DNA of 64,000 nucleotides from positions 62,001-126,000 of the forward strand of contig JAQFVV010000001.1 of NCBI GenBank assembly GCA_028023455.1, written 5' to 3'. The position numbers and the translations under genes are program-made. Every line of letters starts with the position of its first letter. Position 1 is the stretch's first letter. The stretch is from Epiperipatus broadwayi (lineage: Eukaryota; Animalia; Onychophora). A model generated the notes under the pieces. It was not told where the DNA came from, made no database searches, and saw only the letters and a program-made list of their open reading frames with translations. Below, piece by piece: positions 37,963 through 52,290 of the stretch.

Positions 37963-38834
37963 TATGCCTTCATGGAAGATTTGCCTGTGCATATAAAAAT
38001 GGCATTGTGGCAGATTATAGAACTTCTAATCTTTGCCTCCTTATGAACTCTCAAGGAATAAAGCCATGCAAAAGTTAGTGTAATAGTAAAGTGCTGGACT
38101 CTCAACTTTAAGATTAACAGATCATAGTTCCATTCTGTGACTGTTGCTGCTCAAACTTCTTATGAACTCCCAAACAATAGACTATTTAACTACTACTAAT
38201 ATTACTTTTATTAATAAGATGATGATGGCAATGACTTCTCATTGTAATATATTATTCTATCAAAAAAGTTACTCAAGATATTATGAACTCCTTTACATAT
38301 TCCCACACCTTCAGATTAAGTCTTTTGATTTTTATGGGAAACCCTGCAATTTAAAATTTTCATTAACTACTAGCAAAATGGATTAGAAATATATTATTTT
38401 GTCTTACTTCCAATTATTTATTTTTTCTCTCTATTTTGAAATATAGAAATTTTTATTTACTGAAGAGTTTTGGTGTAATATTCATCTATACTTTTGCATC
38501 ATGTTCCCCCTTCCATTTTTTTAAATTCATGTCACCTCTTAATTTTTAATATGAGGCATTCAAAAGAAAATCACTTCAAAATTAGATTTAGATATTGGTG
38601 TATTAAACAGAATTTGCTTCTTTGATTATTTATTATGTTGCCATACTGATCTGAAACAATTTGGCATTAGTAGACATACAAAATAGACTTAATTTTTAAA
38701 AATATGAGATATCAGAACTTCCATCAAAATAAATGTTAAGATTATATGTAATATAATGTCCAAATTAATTATTGTAGCAATATATATATATATATATATA
38801 TATAATGTTTTTACAATTGTATGATGTAAATAAA

Positions 38835-39207
38835 ATAGTTTTTGGGTTAAACCATGTGTTAGTTTGAATTAATTCCCAATGTTTTGATGAAATAGCATCA
38901 TCCAATGTCAAGGTTAACTTTGCAAAGAAAAACCATTAGATCTCAAATACAGGATTGAGTGTGAGATAAAGAATGAGATTGAGTATGAAGTAGTTGAGCA
39001 TTCAGAATATGTGAACTAACAAAATATTTATTCTGAATGCTCAACTGTTTCACACTTAATCTCATTCTTTACCTCACATTCAATCTCATTACTATTTGAG
39101 ATCTAATGGGTTTTTTTTTTTAAAGTTAACCATGACAATGGTGGATGCTATTTCATCCAAACGTTGGGAATTAATCAAAATTAACACCCGGATTAATCCA
39201 AAAACTA
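38835..39207. mobile_element. Foldback/MITE-like element (about 170-bp arms, about 20-nt loop) next to (TA)n
   Basis: atagtttttgggttaaacc...gttgagcattcagaata is inverted as tattctgaatgctcaac...ggattaatccaaaaactat. Confidence 0.8.
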
Positions 39208-40682
39208 TTATATATATATAATTACTTTCTTAATAGTTGAAGATGACATATTTTGAAGCCAAACATGTCTTAATTGCTTTACAACTAAGAAAAGTTTTTT
39301 TAAAAAAATGAGATGGAAAACTATCAGTATGGTGAAATGAAAATCATTCTATTCTCCTACCTCTTTGGTAATTAACACTTGAATCAACTGTTCAAATGAT
39401 AAGTAGATAATCATACAAATATCAATACAAAATATTCACTGTCTATGAAATGGTATTTATTCAAATGAAAGGATTATTATATTATGATTTGATCTACTGT
39501 TTTGATAGATATGTTTTTGATTTTAATTTTGTTTTAAAATATTCTTAATATTCACAAATTTTTCAAACAAAAAAAACCTTTCAGGATCAAACATGCAGGA
39601 ATTTTTGCTCCAGTATTTTAGAAATTTTTCAGAACTGCACTTTCAAGAAACTCGGCTTATATGAGGTGCACAAAAATGTTTTTTTTAATGACAAAAATTT
39701 AATTAACACTAAAATAAACCTTGCCATTAATAAAAATGATCGTATGTTATAATTAAATGCAAAAACATGTCAGTCTGTATTTTTACTTCAGCAAAAAAAA
39801 AAAAAATACCCTTAAGAAAGTTAAGACCAATAAAATCTATTCTGCAAAATAAAAACGTTATTTATAGTATTGAAACTAGTTAATTTTGAAGCTATAAAAT
39901 TATCAGTTCCTCTTGAGAAATAGATTTGTTAGCATCATAATTTCTGTTTACATGCATACATGGGCATTTCTTTTGCAGGCTCCAGACTCCATAGTTGTTA
40001 CTTATTCATCTGTAACATAAAAAAATTATGGGAAAAGGAGACTTCTTATATATTTTTTCTATTTATTGATGCTTTAATAATGTTGTAATTTTTATTCATG
40101 TTGATTTTATCAAAGTTTTCTAATCTTAATAGTCATTCTTTTTTCTAATAATAATAAAAATATGATTATTTTATTAAGCTTTTTAATTTTAAAAGATTTA
40201 TTAATCATATACATAATAACCTCACATTTGAATTTAGAGTTTCAAAAGTTGTAAATATGTTTCTGGGTATCCTTATTTTTTCTTATTGTTTTGTTTCTGT
40301 GTTTTTGAGGGAACTAAATTTTGGAAAGATTATTGTACTTCATTTAAAAATTCATTCAGCTTATGAAATTCATGAAATTGCAGTCTAAGATCTAAAATAG
40401 ATTAAAATGTACAAAAATATTTGTTAGTATCTATTTAAATTGATCTGTAGCCTAGTCAGGAAAAGGACTTTCACTTAAGCTACAATAGAACAGTGAATTA
40501 ATGTTATTATTGATCAGAAATATAATAAACAAGTAAGTGTATAAGAACAAAGTTTCCTTTAGAAAATACAGAAAGGTGGTAAATAAAATGCTGACAAAAA
40601 ATATGGATGGTCTTTTGAAATTAAAACTGAAACATTTTATAACAGTGACTAAACTGTTTTCTCATAATAGAAGCTATTAAAA

Positions 40683-41630
40683 TTGTATTAATCATTTTTA
40701 TTAGTCATTCATCAGACTAGAGATTATCCAATAATGAATATTTCTGTACATCACATGATCACCATTTTTTATGCTAGCACATATCTCACTGACAAAGGCC
40801 ACAAGCCAGAAACTAGTCTGGGGATATTGGATGAGTAGGCATTAGATAGGGATTTTATGCACAAGCCTTCTGGAATCTATTGATTACTCTGGTTGGCACT
40901 GAATGGCACTACTACTGTATGGAGAGTTTTGAATATTTCTGTAGTGAAATTTTTACTACACTACTCTCACGCAAGGTAGCGACTGGATTATATCAACTTG
41001 TAATATCTTATGAAGTGATGTAATCATAAACATCTGACCAAAGACATGTAAAAAATATCTATGATCTCTGAGATACACATTTTATGCTGAACCAGCACTC
41101 ATCAGTTGGCCCAGACCACAACCTCTTACACATATCTTTATCATTGTTTATTATATAGATATAGATAGCAAATTACTACAGTTTAATTGATATTTGTCAA
41201 ACGTGCAACCCTCATAACTTTAACACTCATCACTTAATGAAAGTATATTAATAATTCATTATTGGATAATCTCTAGTCTAATAAATGACTAATAAAAAAT
41301 ACTAGTATAGTTTCATTAAATGATGTGAGTCAGAGTTGTTAGAGCTGTACATTTGACACATCAATTAAACTGTAATAATTTGAAATCTAAATATATTCTA
41401 AACAATGATAAAGATATGTGTTAGAGGTTGGGATCTGGGCCAATTGATGAGTGCTGGTTCAGCATTAAATGTGTATCTTGAGGATCATAGAACTTTTTCA
41501 CATGTCTTTGGTCATAGGTTTATGGTTACATCCCTCCACAAGGTATTAAAAGTTGATAGAATTCAGTCGCTACCTTGCAGGAGAGCAGTGTAGTTCTGAA
41601 AATTACACTACAGAAATATTATTCATTATT
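40683..41630. repeat. Family B' hammerhead repeat: two inverted, circularly permuted monomers of about 367 nt
   Basis: The plus arm 41254-41630 is bounded by a terminal repeat attcattatt. The minus arm runs from 41250 to 40683 and is interrupted by a family A insert. HHR-like motifs at 41099-41105 (-, CTGATGA) and 41444-41450 (+, TTGATGA) share stem II GTGCTG gtt CAGCAT with family B. Confidence 0.8.
40749..40929 (+). mobile_element. Family A fragment inserted into the B' repeat, flanked by a 14-bp direct repeat
   Basis: TGAATATTTCTGTA occurs at 40735-40748 and 40930-40943. The insert is a short inverted piece (40749-40775) plus a sense piece containing CTGACAA AGGC cacaa GCC A GAAA CTAG TC^TGGGGAT (40789-40825). 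Confidence 0.75.
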
Positions 41631-42399
41631 AAAATTATACTTTTTGCCAAAATATCTGATTTATTCTAATTTTCTTTGTATAATGTTATGATAAAAATTA
41701 GTTAAAAATATAATTTTTGATTAATAATAGAATAATTATAATACATATATGTATGTGTTTGTGATTTAATCCTTTGTTAAAGCATAAAAAGAATTCTTAC
41801 AAATCACATATATTTGAAAATAATATAAATTATTATTAGTAAATAATGTATAATGCTACAGTTTATTTCAAATTGACTATGATCTTAGGGAGATTGATAA
41901 GATAATATTTGACTATGACCTTAGGGTATAAAAATTATTTAATTAATAGTCTTATTTAACATTCATATTACAATTTCAATGATAAATATGAGAATCATTA
42001 TATTAGATATTATATACCAAGTTTTATGTAATTATGAGATATCATTGTGATCAAGATTTAAAAGTAAATTATTTAAATTACTTATTGAATAACTGATATG
42101 GTTCAAATGATACCAAGTAAGCAACTATAGTGTATTCAACTAGTTGAACAAAATTTGAAGTCTAAATCTCATTGCAATCATATTGGAAATTAAAAATAAT
42201 GATATTTCCATGTTTATAAAGAATTTTCTCTTGGGTCCAAATTTTTTTTTTTTACTATTGTATGCTCATGTGTATTTAAAATGATTATTATAAGAGAGAA
42301 AGTAAGATAATTAATATCTAATATTAATAAGTAATACATATATAGCTGCTTCAGACGTAAATGCTATCTGTAATATGTTATGCTAATCTTATCAATCTT

Positions 42400-43290
42400 T
42401 GAGAGTATATATAGAGTTGTTACTATATTCATAGCTTTTCAGGAAAAGAAATTGTGGTCATGTGATGTTTTAATAGTTTAATTCAATCCTAGACAGAGGA
42501 CATTAGTGACTATAGTTATAAAAAAACATCAAATATATAGATAATGAACTGGGTTCAGATCTTTATAACTATACAGGCAAATTAGCTTGGATTGAAAACA
42601 TTATTGTGTTTTTTTTTGGACTTGTTAGATGGTTGCATAGATCCAAAGTTCTAGATGTATTACTCTCAGATCCAAAACTCCTCACTAATTACATTGGTAA
42701 GCTAGAAATTAGTCTGGGGATATTGGATGAGGAGGCTCTAGATAGCATTTTAAATGCACAAAACTTCTGGAATCTATTGATCACTATAGCTTGCATTGTA
42801 TGCCTCTATTGTATAAGGAGTTGGTATTATTTTAATAGTTTGTGCAAAGAAAATAAATGGTACTCATGATATTTTAGTGGTTTAATATTAATCCTAGACA
42901 AAGATAGCTGCTGACTATGATATAAAAAAAACCCAAAACATGATACTATAGAGATACTGAACTGGGTTCAGATAGATATTACTATACTGACAAATTAGCT
43001 TGGATTAAAAACATTGTAGTTTCAGTTTGGTCTTATTGATTTTTTGTTGACTAAGTAGGTAAAAGATAGTTGCAAAAGGAATACATTAGATTTTGAATGT
43101 GTAAGTGCACTCCTCTCGCATCTAGGGATTCTCGCTGATGACATCCAGTAAGTTAGAAACTAGTTTGGGAATATTGGATGAGTAGGCAATAGATAGGATT
43201 TAAATGCATAAATCTTATGGCATCTGTTGATTCCTATATCTTGCATTAGGTGGCACTATTGTATGGAGATAGTTGCTACTACTATTTCTC
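42400..43290 (+). repeat. Old family A tandem dimer, period about 451 nt, with eroded HHR cores
   Basis: GAAA(T/C)TAGT(C/T)^TGGG(G/A)ATATTGGATGAG at 42714 and 43165; gaactgggttcagat...aaattagcttggatt is repeated. Confidence 0.8.
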
Positions 43291-46200
43291 GATAGTCATA
43301 TTTACACTCATTTTGCAGAGGATTCATTTATGGTGTCCCCTGAAGACTATCTCTGAACACTATGAGGATAGATATGTGAAAATACAATAATTAAATATAA
43401 AGATGGTTAGCTGGTCAGGAATAGCCACATTGCCTCTAAAATCATTTTCTTTTAGTTCTAATTACATTTCTGTTAATATCATAATATTAGCAGGGAATTT
43501 CTATTTTAAAGCAAAAAAAAGAAAAGTTTCTTATCCAAATTGTCTATTTTATTAGATATTTCATCAAAATGTTGGCAATTTTTTTTTATTGTAATGATCA
43601 TTAGTAAATTACATTGTTATTTTAGATTACAAGAAATTTCATATTAAAAAAATACATTTATTGATATCATATGGATTTACATCAGCATCCTATTGGAAAT
43701 ATTCAATCTATAGATTAAAGATATCAATTTATTGAACCTCTGTTTTAATTAACCTTAATTACATCATCATCATAAAATAAGAAAGTCATTAAAAAATTTG
43801 AGTTTATTTTACATTCTTCCATATCAATGATGTTATATAAAGATTGATGTTGCTTTAGCTCTGATTGTCAAGTCCATTGATATTCTAATCAAAAAACAAT
43901 GTCAACTAGTTCTTAGTCTAAAATGGACAAACTTCAGCTCACAAGCCACATATAGCATCCAAAGCTACATGTGCAACTCTGAAGATAATATGAATATTGA
44001 TTTTCATTGCCATTTTTCTAATCTTTTACATTAATAATCTATAGTAGTATAATATTTAGCATTATTAAAATATTTTGTTTTATAAATGCTTTAAGTAAAA
44101 AATTAATATTTTGAAAATTGTATTATTGCATTGGTTGGTAAATAAGATTTTGACATTTGATGGACTACATCACTCCTGCCAAAATTAGTTCCAAAAGTGA
44201 GTACTGCAGATCTTGAGCATTCAATAATGTATGAAAAGTATTTACAAGTGACTCTTACTACAGAGGATTTGGCTTTATCCTAATCTATAATAGCAATGTA
44301 TTAATGGCTTATATTGGTGCATCATTATATTATATAATGGTTTGTTCAATCTAATTTGAAAAAACATCATTGTAAGGTTTTAAATGGAAACTGATTCTTT
44401 GATATAGCTTGACAAATTTATTCTGTGGCAAATTATTATATTTCTACAAATTCATCAAGAAATTATTTGAATATTACATCAAAAGTTTTATTAATGATAA
44501 AAATTGGAAAGGGATTATTAATGATAAATAATACTTACTCAAAACTCTGATGCTAACCTATCACAGTTATATCTTTACAGAACATAATGACTTTCTGTGA
44601 TTATTCTTAACATATGCTTTTAAGAGCAGTTCTATAAGCTTGAGTAATGAATGAATATTAAATGATAATCTCATTGATCAGTATGAAACTTCAGATTCAG
44701 AAGTGGACCTAATGCATTTTTGCATCTAGTATCTATCAAACTAATAGCCTGAAATCAAAAAAACAAAACTCTTAAACCTAAATCAATTTGTTTATATTGT
44801 TATATGAATTTGACACAGATCAGTAACCATATACTATAATGATTTCAGTTTGTATTCAAAACCTTAAAAAAAAATTTCAGTTTCAATCTTAGTTTTTGAT
44901 AGTATAAAGGAAATCAAAGATGTTTGCTAGATGAATAAATGCCTTAATTCTAGATTTGAAGTCATTACTGGTGCAAGTAATAGCCTAAAACTGAGTTAGG
45001 AAATATAGACTTTATTAGTAAATTACTATCTATTGTCTGTTGATTTATCAAAATTACAATAGATTGCTCTGGAGTAAGATGATAACTGCAATTGATTTTA
45101 AAAATAACTAAATCTTCAACATCTATACAAATATAGTTTGCTATCATAGGATTGAACATTTCACTTTTGATATAAATAGACTGATGTTATGGACAATAAT
45201 TTTTTCACTTTTTCCAGGCATTAAGGTGTTAAATAGTTTTTTTTTTCAATGTATTGTTGAACAGTTCTTTTTAATCACATTGAAGTCCTTTATATTTGTT
45301 TAATTTATTTAGAAAGGCTCTTAATTATGTGATATTATATATGAGTCAATTAACTCATTAGACATAATCTACAGTCCCATTATAAACAAGTTTATAAATT
45401 TTGAGCATGCATCTTTTTAGAACATAAAATTCTAAGTACACTGATGAAATTTTTATACACTTATTTTTTCCATCTCTCCTTAAGTGAATTATAACTTTCA
45501 AACATATTAATTCATATTTAGAATTGTGTTATTTGCTTCATTGATTTTATGAGATTATTATTAAATGAATATCGAATATTGCAGTACTGTTTTTGTTAAA
45601 AACAGATGGAAAAATAAATTATTATATATTTTTAAGTAGATGTCTACAGTTATTGGGGTATCATCTTATGAATTAAGGAAGTATTAATGCTTTTCTTAAA
45701 TACTCATTAAATTTTGAATGAACTTTTATGAGAAATGTTTTAAATAGTTTATTTTCATATGCTATTTTCTTATCCGATATGTTTTTTGTATTTATTCTGA
45801 TAGTGATAAATTTAATCATATATTTCTGTTTACATTTTTTCCCCTGCAAATTATCAGACATATGAAACTATATTTCATACACATTTTTATTCATGTTATT
45901 AATTGAATATTCAAAAAAGCATACATTATAATTATTTAAAATAAAATTAATTTTATTTCTAAATTGGACGCCAAATTTTTTTAGAATTTTTTTTTTTTTT
46001 AATGAAAACTACTTCATCATGCTAAGGATGCTAAAGAAAATGAATAATAGTTACATTAATGATAGAGAAATTTAATGCTACATGAAAAAGCTCTCCACTG
46101 AGCACGTTATCTAATAAAAGCACCATGTCTGATCAGGATAAATTTTTTTCTTAAATTATAAACAGCTCTAGGATTTTTTTTTATATTTCCAACACAAATA

Positions 46201-49200
46201 GACAACCAGTTATTTATCAATAAATGGGTATTTAAGTATTATTAATCTTATTTTAAGTTGAAATGATCATATAATTGTCAATGTGCTGATTATAGAAAAC
46301 AGAATCATGTTGTTTGTAATATGATGAATCCTTCGTTAATGGTGAGAGCTGTGTCATATTCACATAGTCATTGATTCCATAAGTTACCTCTTTTTTTTTA
46401 CCTAGAGGTTAGGTAGTCATGATTGATTCCAAATATATATATACCCATGAATATCTTTTCTTTGAAATAAATTAGTGGGAGCAAGATAAAAACAATAATA
46501 AATGATAAAGTTTAAGATGTTTGGCACATGATTGTGGGTTGTTTGTGTAAATATGCAAAAACGGTAATAATAATCTTTTCTGCTGACACCTAATGATAAC
46601 TATATATATAAAAAACATTACATTAGATGATCAGGGCAACTTTTAGAATTTGTGTTTTATTCTGGCTTTCAAATGCAGATTAAATGTAAACTAAAGGAGT
46701 GTTATTTTTGACTATATATTACTGCTCAAAAGAACAATAAGAAAAATATCTGACAAACAAATAATATTTTGCAGATAGATATTCCCCTATTTATAGAGTA
46801 TTAAAATATCACATTTTTAAATGATTCCCAACGGAGGCAATATTTGGATTTTATATTTATAAAATCTATTCTTTAATCAAAGCTTTAAAGATTCGTTATA
46901 TAAACATAAAGCTGAAAGATGATTCATTAATTGTATAAAAAAACGTGAATAAAGAAAAACTCTAAATGTCACATTTTCTAAACGCAATATTTTTTCGTCA
47001 TAAAAAAAAAAGAAAAAGACATCTATTTTGTTTATTTATCTGTGGCTGATTTTGTTAATTTTTTTGTTGTGATGTTAGTAAATGCTTTCAAATTTTATTG
47101 GTTGCGTTTTATTCTTTTTTATTTTTGTTAATTTATTTATTGATTATGTAATCGCTATCTGGCATGATTATCAATTTTGAATGTTTTAGTAAACTTAATT
47201 TTGTCATTATTTAATAAAATTATTATTTGAATATCGTGATATTATAGAAAATCTTTTTTAATTAAATTTATTTATTAAAATAAACATACTTTAATGTAAT
47301 TTATTTAGTTTTTGTATTTTGATTTTTGCTAAAATTAATAATACATATAAGGATTATAAAATGCATTAGACTTTTAAAACTGAAATAAATTGAATTTGTC
47401 TCTTCTGCTATTAATAATTTCTGTGATCAGACTGCCATCTAGTGAATTAGCATTGCACTTTGAATATGTTATTTAAGTAAGATTTTTTATTGTTTTATTG
47501 TCATGGAGAAAAATGAGTAATTGCAGATTAAAAAAGAAATTCATAATCTTTAAAATATTTCAATCTTTCGATTTTTAAATTTTTATTTATTTATATTATA
47601 ACTTTATTTTTACTAAAAATTTATCGGTGATGATTAAAATTTAATAAAGTATTTAATCTATATTGTGCCCCCCCCCCCCATTTCTTTTCTTTTTTTTTTT
47701 TGGAGGGAATCTATTTCTTATATTTATTATGTTATTCTTTGAGTAAAAAATCTTTAAATGAGGCAAATATTTTTATCTTAAGGGTATCTAATATAATAGT
47801 AAATATTACATAAAATCTATTTGTCTTAAATTTATGGACTTTATTCTTTCTTTATATTATAAAAAAATATTTACTGATAATTGATATCCAAATGTTAAAG
47901 TCATGATTTAATCTGCAGACATGTTTTTTAATATAAGATTTGAAAAACAAAATTAAGATCTATTAAGTACTATTTATATATGATAAATTTTGAAGCTGTG
48001 AATTTAAAGAATTAATAATTCCATGGAAATAAATGAACATTGTTTATGAAAAAATAAATGACAAAGTTTTCTTTTAAGCATCTCTTTTTAACCTATTATA
48101 TTTGTTAGATTTCCTTTAGTCAATATCAGTTTCATATAAATCAATATATGCTAATCTGTAATACCTGAAACTTGTAAATTACTTATTACTGTTCTTATTT
48201 GTAGGAAAATATTCAACTAATCTGAGCACCAATGAGTGAATTAAAAATTATTAGGTTAACCTATAATAAAGAAAGGAAACTAATCTAGGATTAGCATTTA
48301 AACTTACACTTTCTATTTTAAAGCATCTTAACTAAAATAACATGTTTTTCATATAAACATATCAATCTTTTTCTCTCTTTTACGTAGAAAAATAATATTG
48401 AGTATCTTTACTCGTAAAAATCTGAAAGGAATTTGCCTACAATTTTCTTAGTATGAAAAGAAATATCTGATGTAACTGAGTTTATAAAGAGTCAGATTGT
48501 TTTTGTTTTTTTTTCAAATCTTTAAATTTACATGCTTACATCTTGTGTTATACAAAGTTTAACTCATGATTTAACTTATGATTCATGTGTATGTTGATAC
48601 ATCTATGGTAACAGAGAGATTAAAAGCACCCTGGACACTGACATCCCACTCTCCAGAGGAAGAGAAAAACCAGCGCCAGCACAAATCCCCTTATCTCAGA
48701 GATCCTTCCCAAAACCTGGGAGTTAGACCCTGGGGACCGCCTGGCACCTTGACCTCCCCCCAGGGAGCAAAGATACATGAATTTGTGATCTTAATCCAAG
48801 GTAGCTGTTGATTTATATAATGTACTATAAGACTTCAAACTGCCATGTCCAATGTTATCTTCACTGCCTAGAGAAAAGGAGATCTATGTCGATTTGTTGT
48901 TTTCAATCAGTTAGAACGTTATTGTCCAAAATTGTCGATCAGTTTCTGTTTCATTAAGGTCAGTTCCAATGGGAGTAATGGAAAAACAGAGCACTAAGAC
49001 CAACCGAGATTAAAAAAATCAGTGCTACAAGGATTGCCAATAGAACACATGACTCGTTCTGAACTCTCTTTTCCCTACCAAAATAATTCACCATGAGTTT
49101 CAAGAGTGAATTATAAGATCTATAGATGCCCAAATTGCTACTTCAAAATCACTTGTTGTCCAGTGTGAAAGCTATGAAATGAAACAGCAAGGTAATGAGC

Positions 49201-49759
49201 TTAAGAGTTGCATAATGAATTATTGAAGAGTGTTACCTTTAAATGAATTATTGCTTAGAATTTCCACAATTTTTGGAAGGCTTTATATTCAAAAGTTGTT
49301 TAAAAAAAGCCTATTGCCTTCATGATTTTTGAAATCCTTTCACATTACTTTCTTGATCTGATCTAAATTATTCTAGGTGGACACACTCCATTGAAAGACT
49401 ACTTGAATATTTTTCGAAAAATGAATCGTCAAATTCTACAAACAATATTGAGTGTTCATATATAGTTATTTTTCATTTTCCTTGTTTTTCTAATAACCTG
49501 ATTTGAGTAATGAGTGAGAGATCAATATTCTCAATTTCTTCATTCAGAAAAATTAAATATTTACAAAAGTAATGTTACTAATTAGATTTTTCGCTTAAAA
49601 TATTAAAGGGCCAATATCCATTTTATGTTTTTGTCATATGTTAACTATTAATTGACTGAAGTTTTGTGTTGGTGACATTTTAGTAATTATGTTGGACTAT
49701 TTATTTAGTGTTGAATACTAAATATGGTTAGAAAAATTCAAATTTTATTTAAATCTTTC

Positions 49760-52290
49760 AAATACATTCAACTGTTAGGAATAGCATACAGATTAATGTA
49801 TAGCACAATATTTCAAATGATAATATTCTCTCGTCTTCTGATGTTGCTGGCTTGTGATCAGTGGTAGCACTATCATAGGAATTGAATCTGAACCTTTAGA
49901 TTTTTGAATAATGAATTTAAAATGACACTCTGACTAACTAGAATATTTTTCCAAAAGCAAAAATTAGTAGAAATTTCATATAATTATCTAAGATAATCTT
50001 CCTGATTTCTCTTTTTCCCTAAAAGCAAAGTTAATTAGTAGTTTCCAGACATTAGGTGTCATCACACTAGTTTGACTTGTATTATAAGTTACTTGCCATG
50101 TGAGCAGCTTTTTGGGGTTTTTTTCTTTATACTTTTTCTTCTCTATCTAATATTTTTGTGCCTTTTCACTTGATCATATGGTTGTTAGAACATACATAGT
50201 CTGTTACTTTATTTAAGTCTGTTTTACTAATCATCAGTTTGTGCTCTTTTAATTGCTTTTTAGTGGGACAACTAGATTTATCAATATATATTTACATGGT
50301 AATTCATAGATGCAATTTATGTCTTCACCACTTCAAATTTAGGCTTGTAGATATTAGGATTCCTTATAGTGTAGTATGGCTTTGGAAAGATGTTCTGATA
50401 TTATATTGATTGCAGATTTTCTTTCATTTATCTACTATTCCTGATATGTTTTGATACAATATAGTACCAATAATTGTTTTTTTTTTTTTGGTATTTCTTT
50501 TTATTGTCTATTTAAAGTTTTCTTAATGGCAGCTGATGGATAACCATTCTTCATGAGGGTTTGGTTTATGTATAACTTTTCTTTTTCCAAATCACTATTT
50601 TCTGAACAAATTTCTTTTATGCTATTTCTTAATGATGAATAACTCCATGTTTTGTATTTCTATGAGAGAAGGATCTGTAAACTATATCACAATAACATCT
50701 AAGAATACCAATTTTTTTCTTGAAATGATTCTATTGTGAATTTAATTGAAGGACACAATGTAAAGCACTATTATAAACATTCTGGACACACATCAATAAC
50801 ATTTTCCCTTCAATTAAATTCAAAATAGAATCAGAACAAGAACAAAAATTGGCATTCTTATAAATTCTTGTGACAAAACTTCCTCATGACAAAATCAAAA
50901 CTACGGTTATGAAAAAACCCCTTACATAGGAAAATACTTAGTATTGTAGGGTATCCATATATATCAGGAATGGCAGACAAATTAAAGAAAATCTGCAATC
51001 AATATAACATTAAAATGGCTTTCCAAAGCCATACTACACTTTGAGGAGTTCTAACTTCTACCAAGCCTAAACTGGAAATGCTGAAAAACAAAAACTGCAT
51101 TTATGAAATACTATGTGAATGTGGAAGGAAGTATGTTGATGAGATCATCTACCTTGTTTAATAGCAATTGAAAGAACACAAATTAATGGTTAAAAGAGAA
51201 ATAACAGATGTTCTACAGTAATAAACTACATATGCATTAATAACAATATGTTCAATTTAGAAAATACAAAAATATTGCATAGAGAGGAAAAGGTGTAAAG
51301 AAGAAAATTCATGGAAGCTGCTTATATAACAATTGCAAATAATCCTATAAGTCAACCCAGTGTCTCAATGTACAATGTATGGAAGCCTCTAATTAACCTT
51401 GCTTTTAAAAAAAAAAGTATTAAAAATTTTTTTTGAAGGATCAGGAGGATTTGAACCAACCATCATATATAAATATATGAAATTTCTATTATCTGTTGCC
51501 TTTGACAGAATATCTTGGTTAGAGAGGTTGTCTTAAATTCGTTATTCAAGAATCTAAAGGTGTAAATTTGAACCCTATGGTAATATTGTCACTGATCAGG
51601 CCAGCAACATCTGAAGAAAAGTGAACAATACTAATTGAAACATGTAATTTACTAATCTGTGTTGTCTATTTGTGTGTTATCACTAACAAGTTGTTTGTAT
51701 TTGAAAAGTTTAAAAGTTTTCTAGACATTCAACATTTAATGATAGATGGTGGAAATAGTCCATAATATTATCACATAATTTTATACTACCATTATGGAAT
51801 AGAGTAAAAGAAGTTTGTTCAGAAACCAATGATTTCAAAAAAGAAAAGATCTACATAAAACAAACTCTCATGAAGAATTGTTATCCATCAGCTACCGTTA
51901 AGAAAACATTAAAAGAAAAATAATTATTGATATTGTACTGTATTATAGAAAATAAACTCAGAACACATTTCTAAAGCATGCCATACTATGAGGAATCCTA
52001 ACATCCATAAAACAAACTTGAAATGATGAAAAAGTGATTAGAAATGAGAAAACAAATATATCTAAAGTAGCAGACTATATATGTCCCAACAACTATATAT
52101 TCAATTAGGAAAACACAAAAGTATTGGATAGAGCGGAAAAATACAAAGAAGAAAATTGAAAGAAATTGCTCACATAATGTAGTGCAAATAACTTCATATG
52201 TTAACCTAGTGTGATAATACATAATGTTTGGAAATCACTGATTAATTTTGCTCTTTAGAAAAAAGAGGATAAATCAGGAAGCTTGGTTGG
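49760..52290. mobile_element. Penelope-like element complex: inverted 3' copy (49760-50640, -), main copy (50640-51700, +) and partial tandem copy (51830-52290, +)
   Basis: RT end (NNIFPSIKFKIESEQEQKLAF...KIKTTVMKKP), linker (LMKNGYP; YPYISGMADKLKKICNQYNIKMAF), GIY-YIG (NCIYEILCECGRKYV) and a repeated non-coding pLTR-like tail. Confidence 0.88.
51605..51650 (+). ncRNA. Eroded minimal hammerhead motif in the Penelope pLTR
   Basis: caacat CTGAAGA aaagtgaacaatactaatt GAAA CATG TA^; stem III is the palindrome ACATGT. Stem II is decayed. Confidence 0.55.

Noticed and set aside
43340-43385. CTGAAGA followed by a hairpin and a later GAAA
   Set aside because: The spacing between stem II and GAAA is wrong and no stem I or stem III could be drawn.
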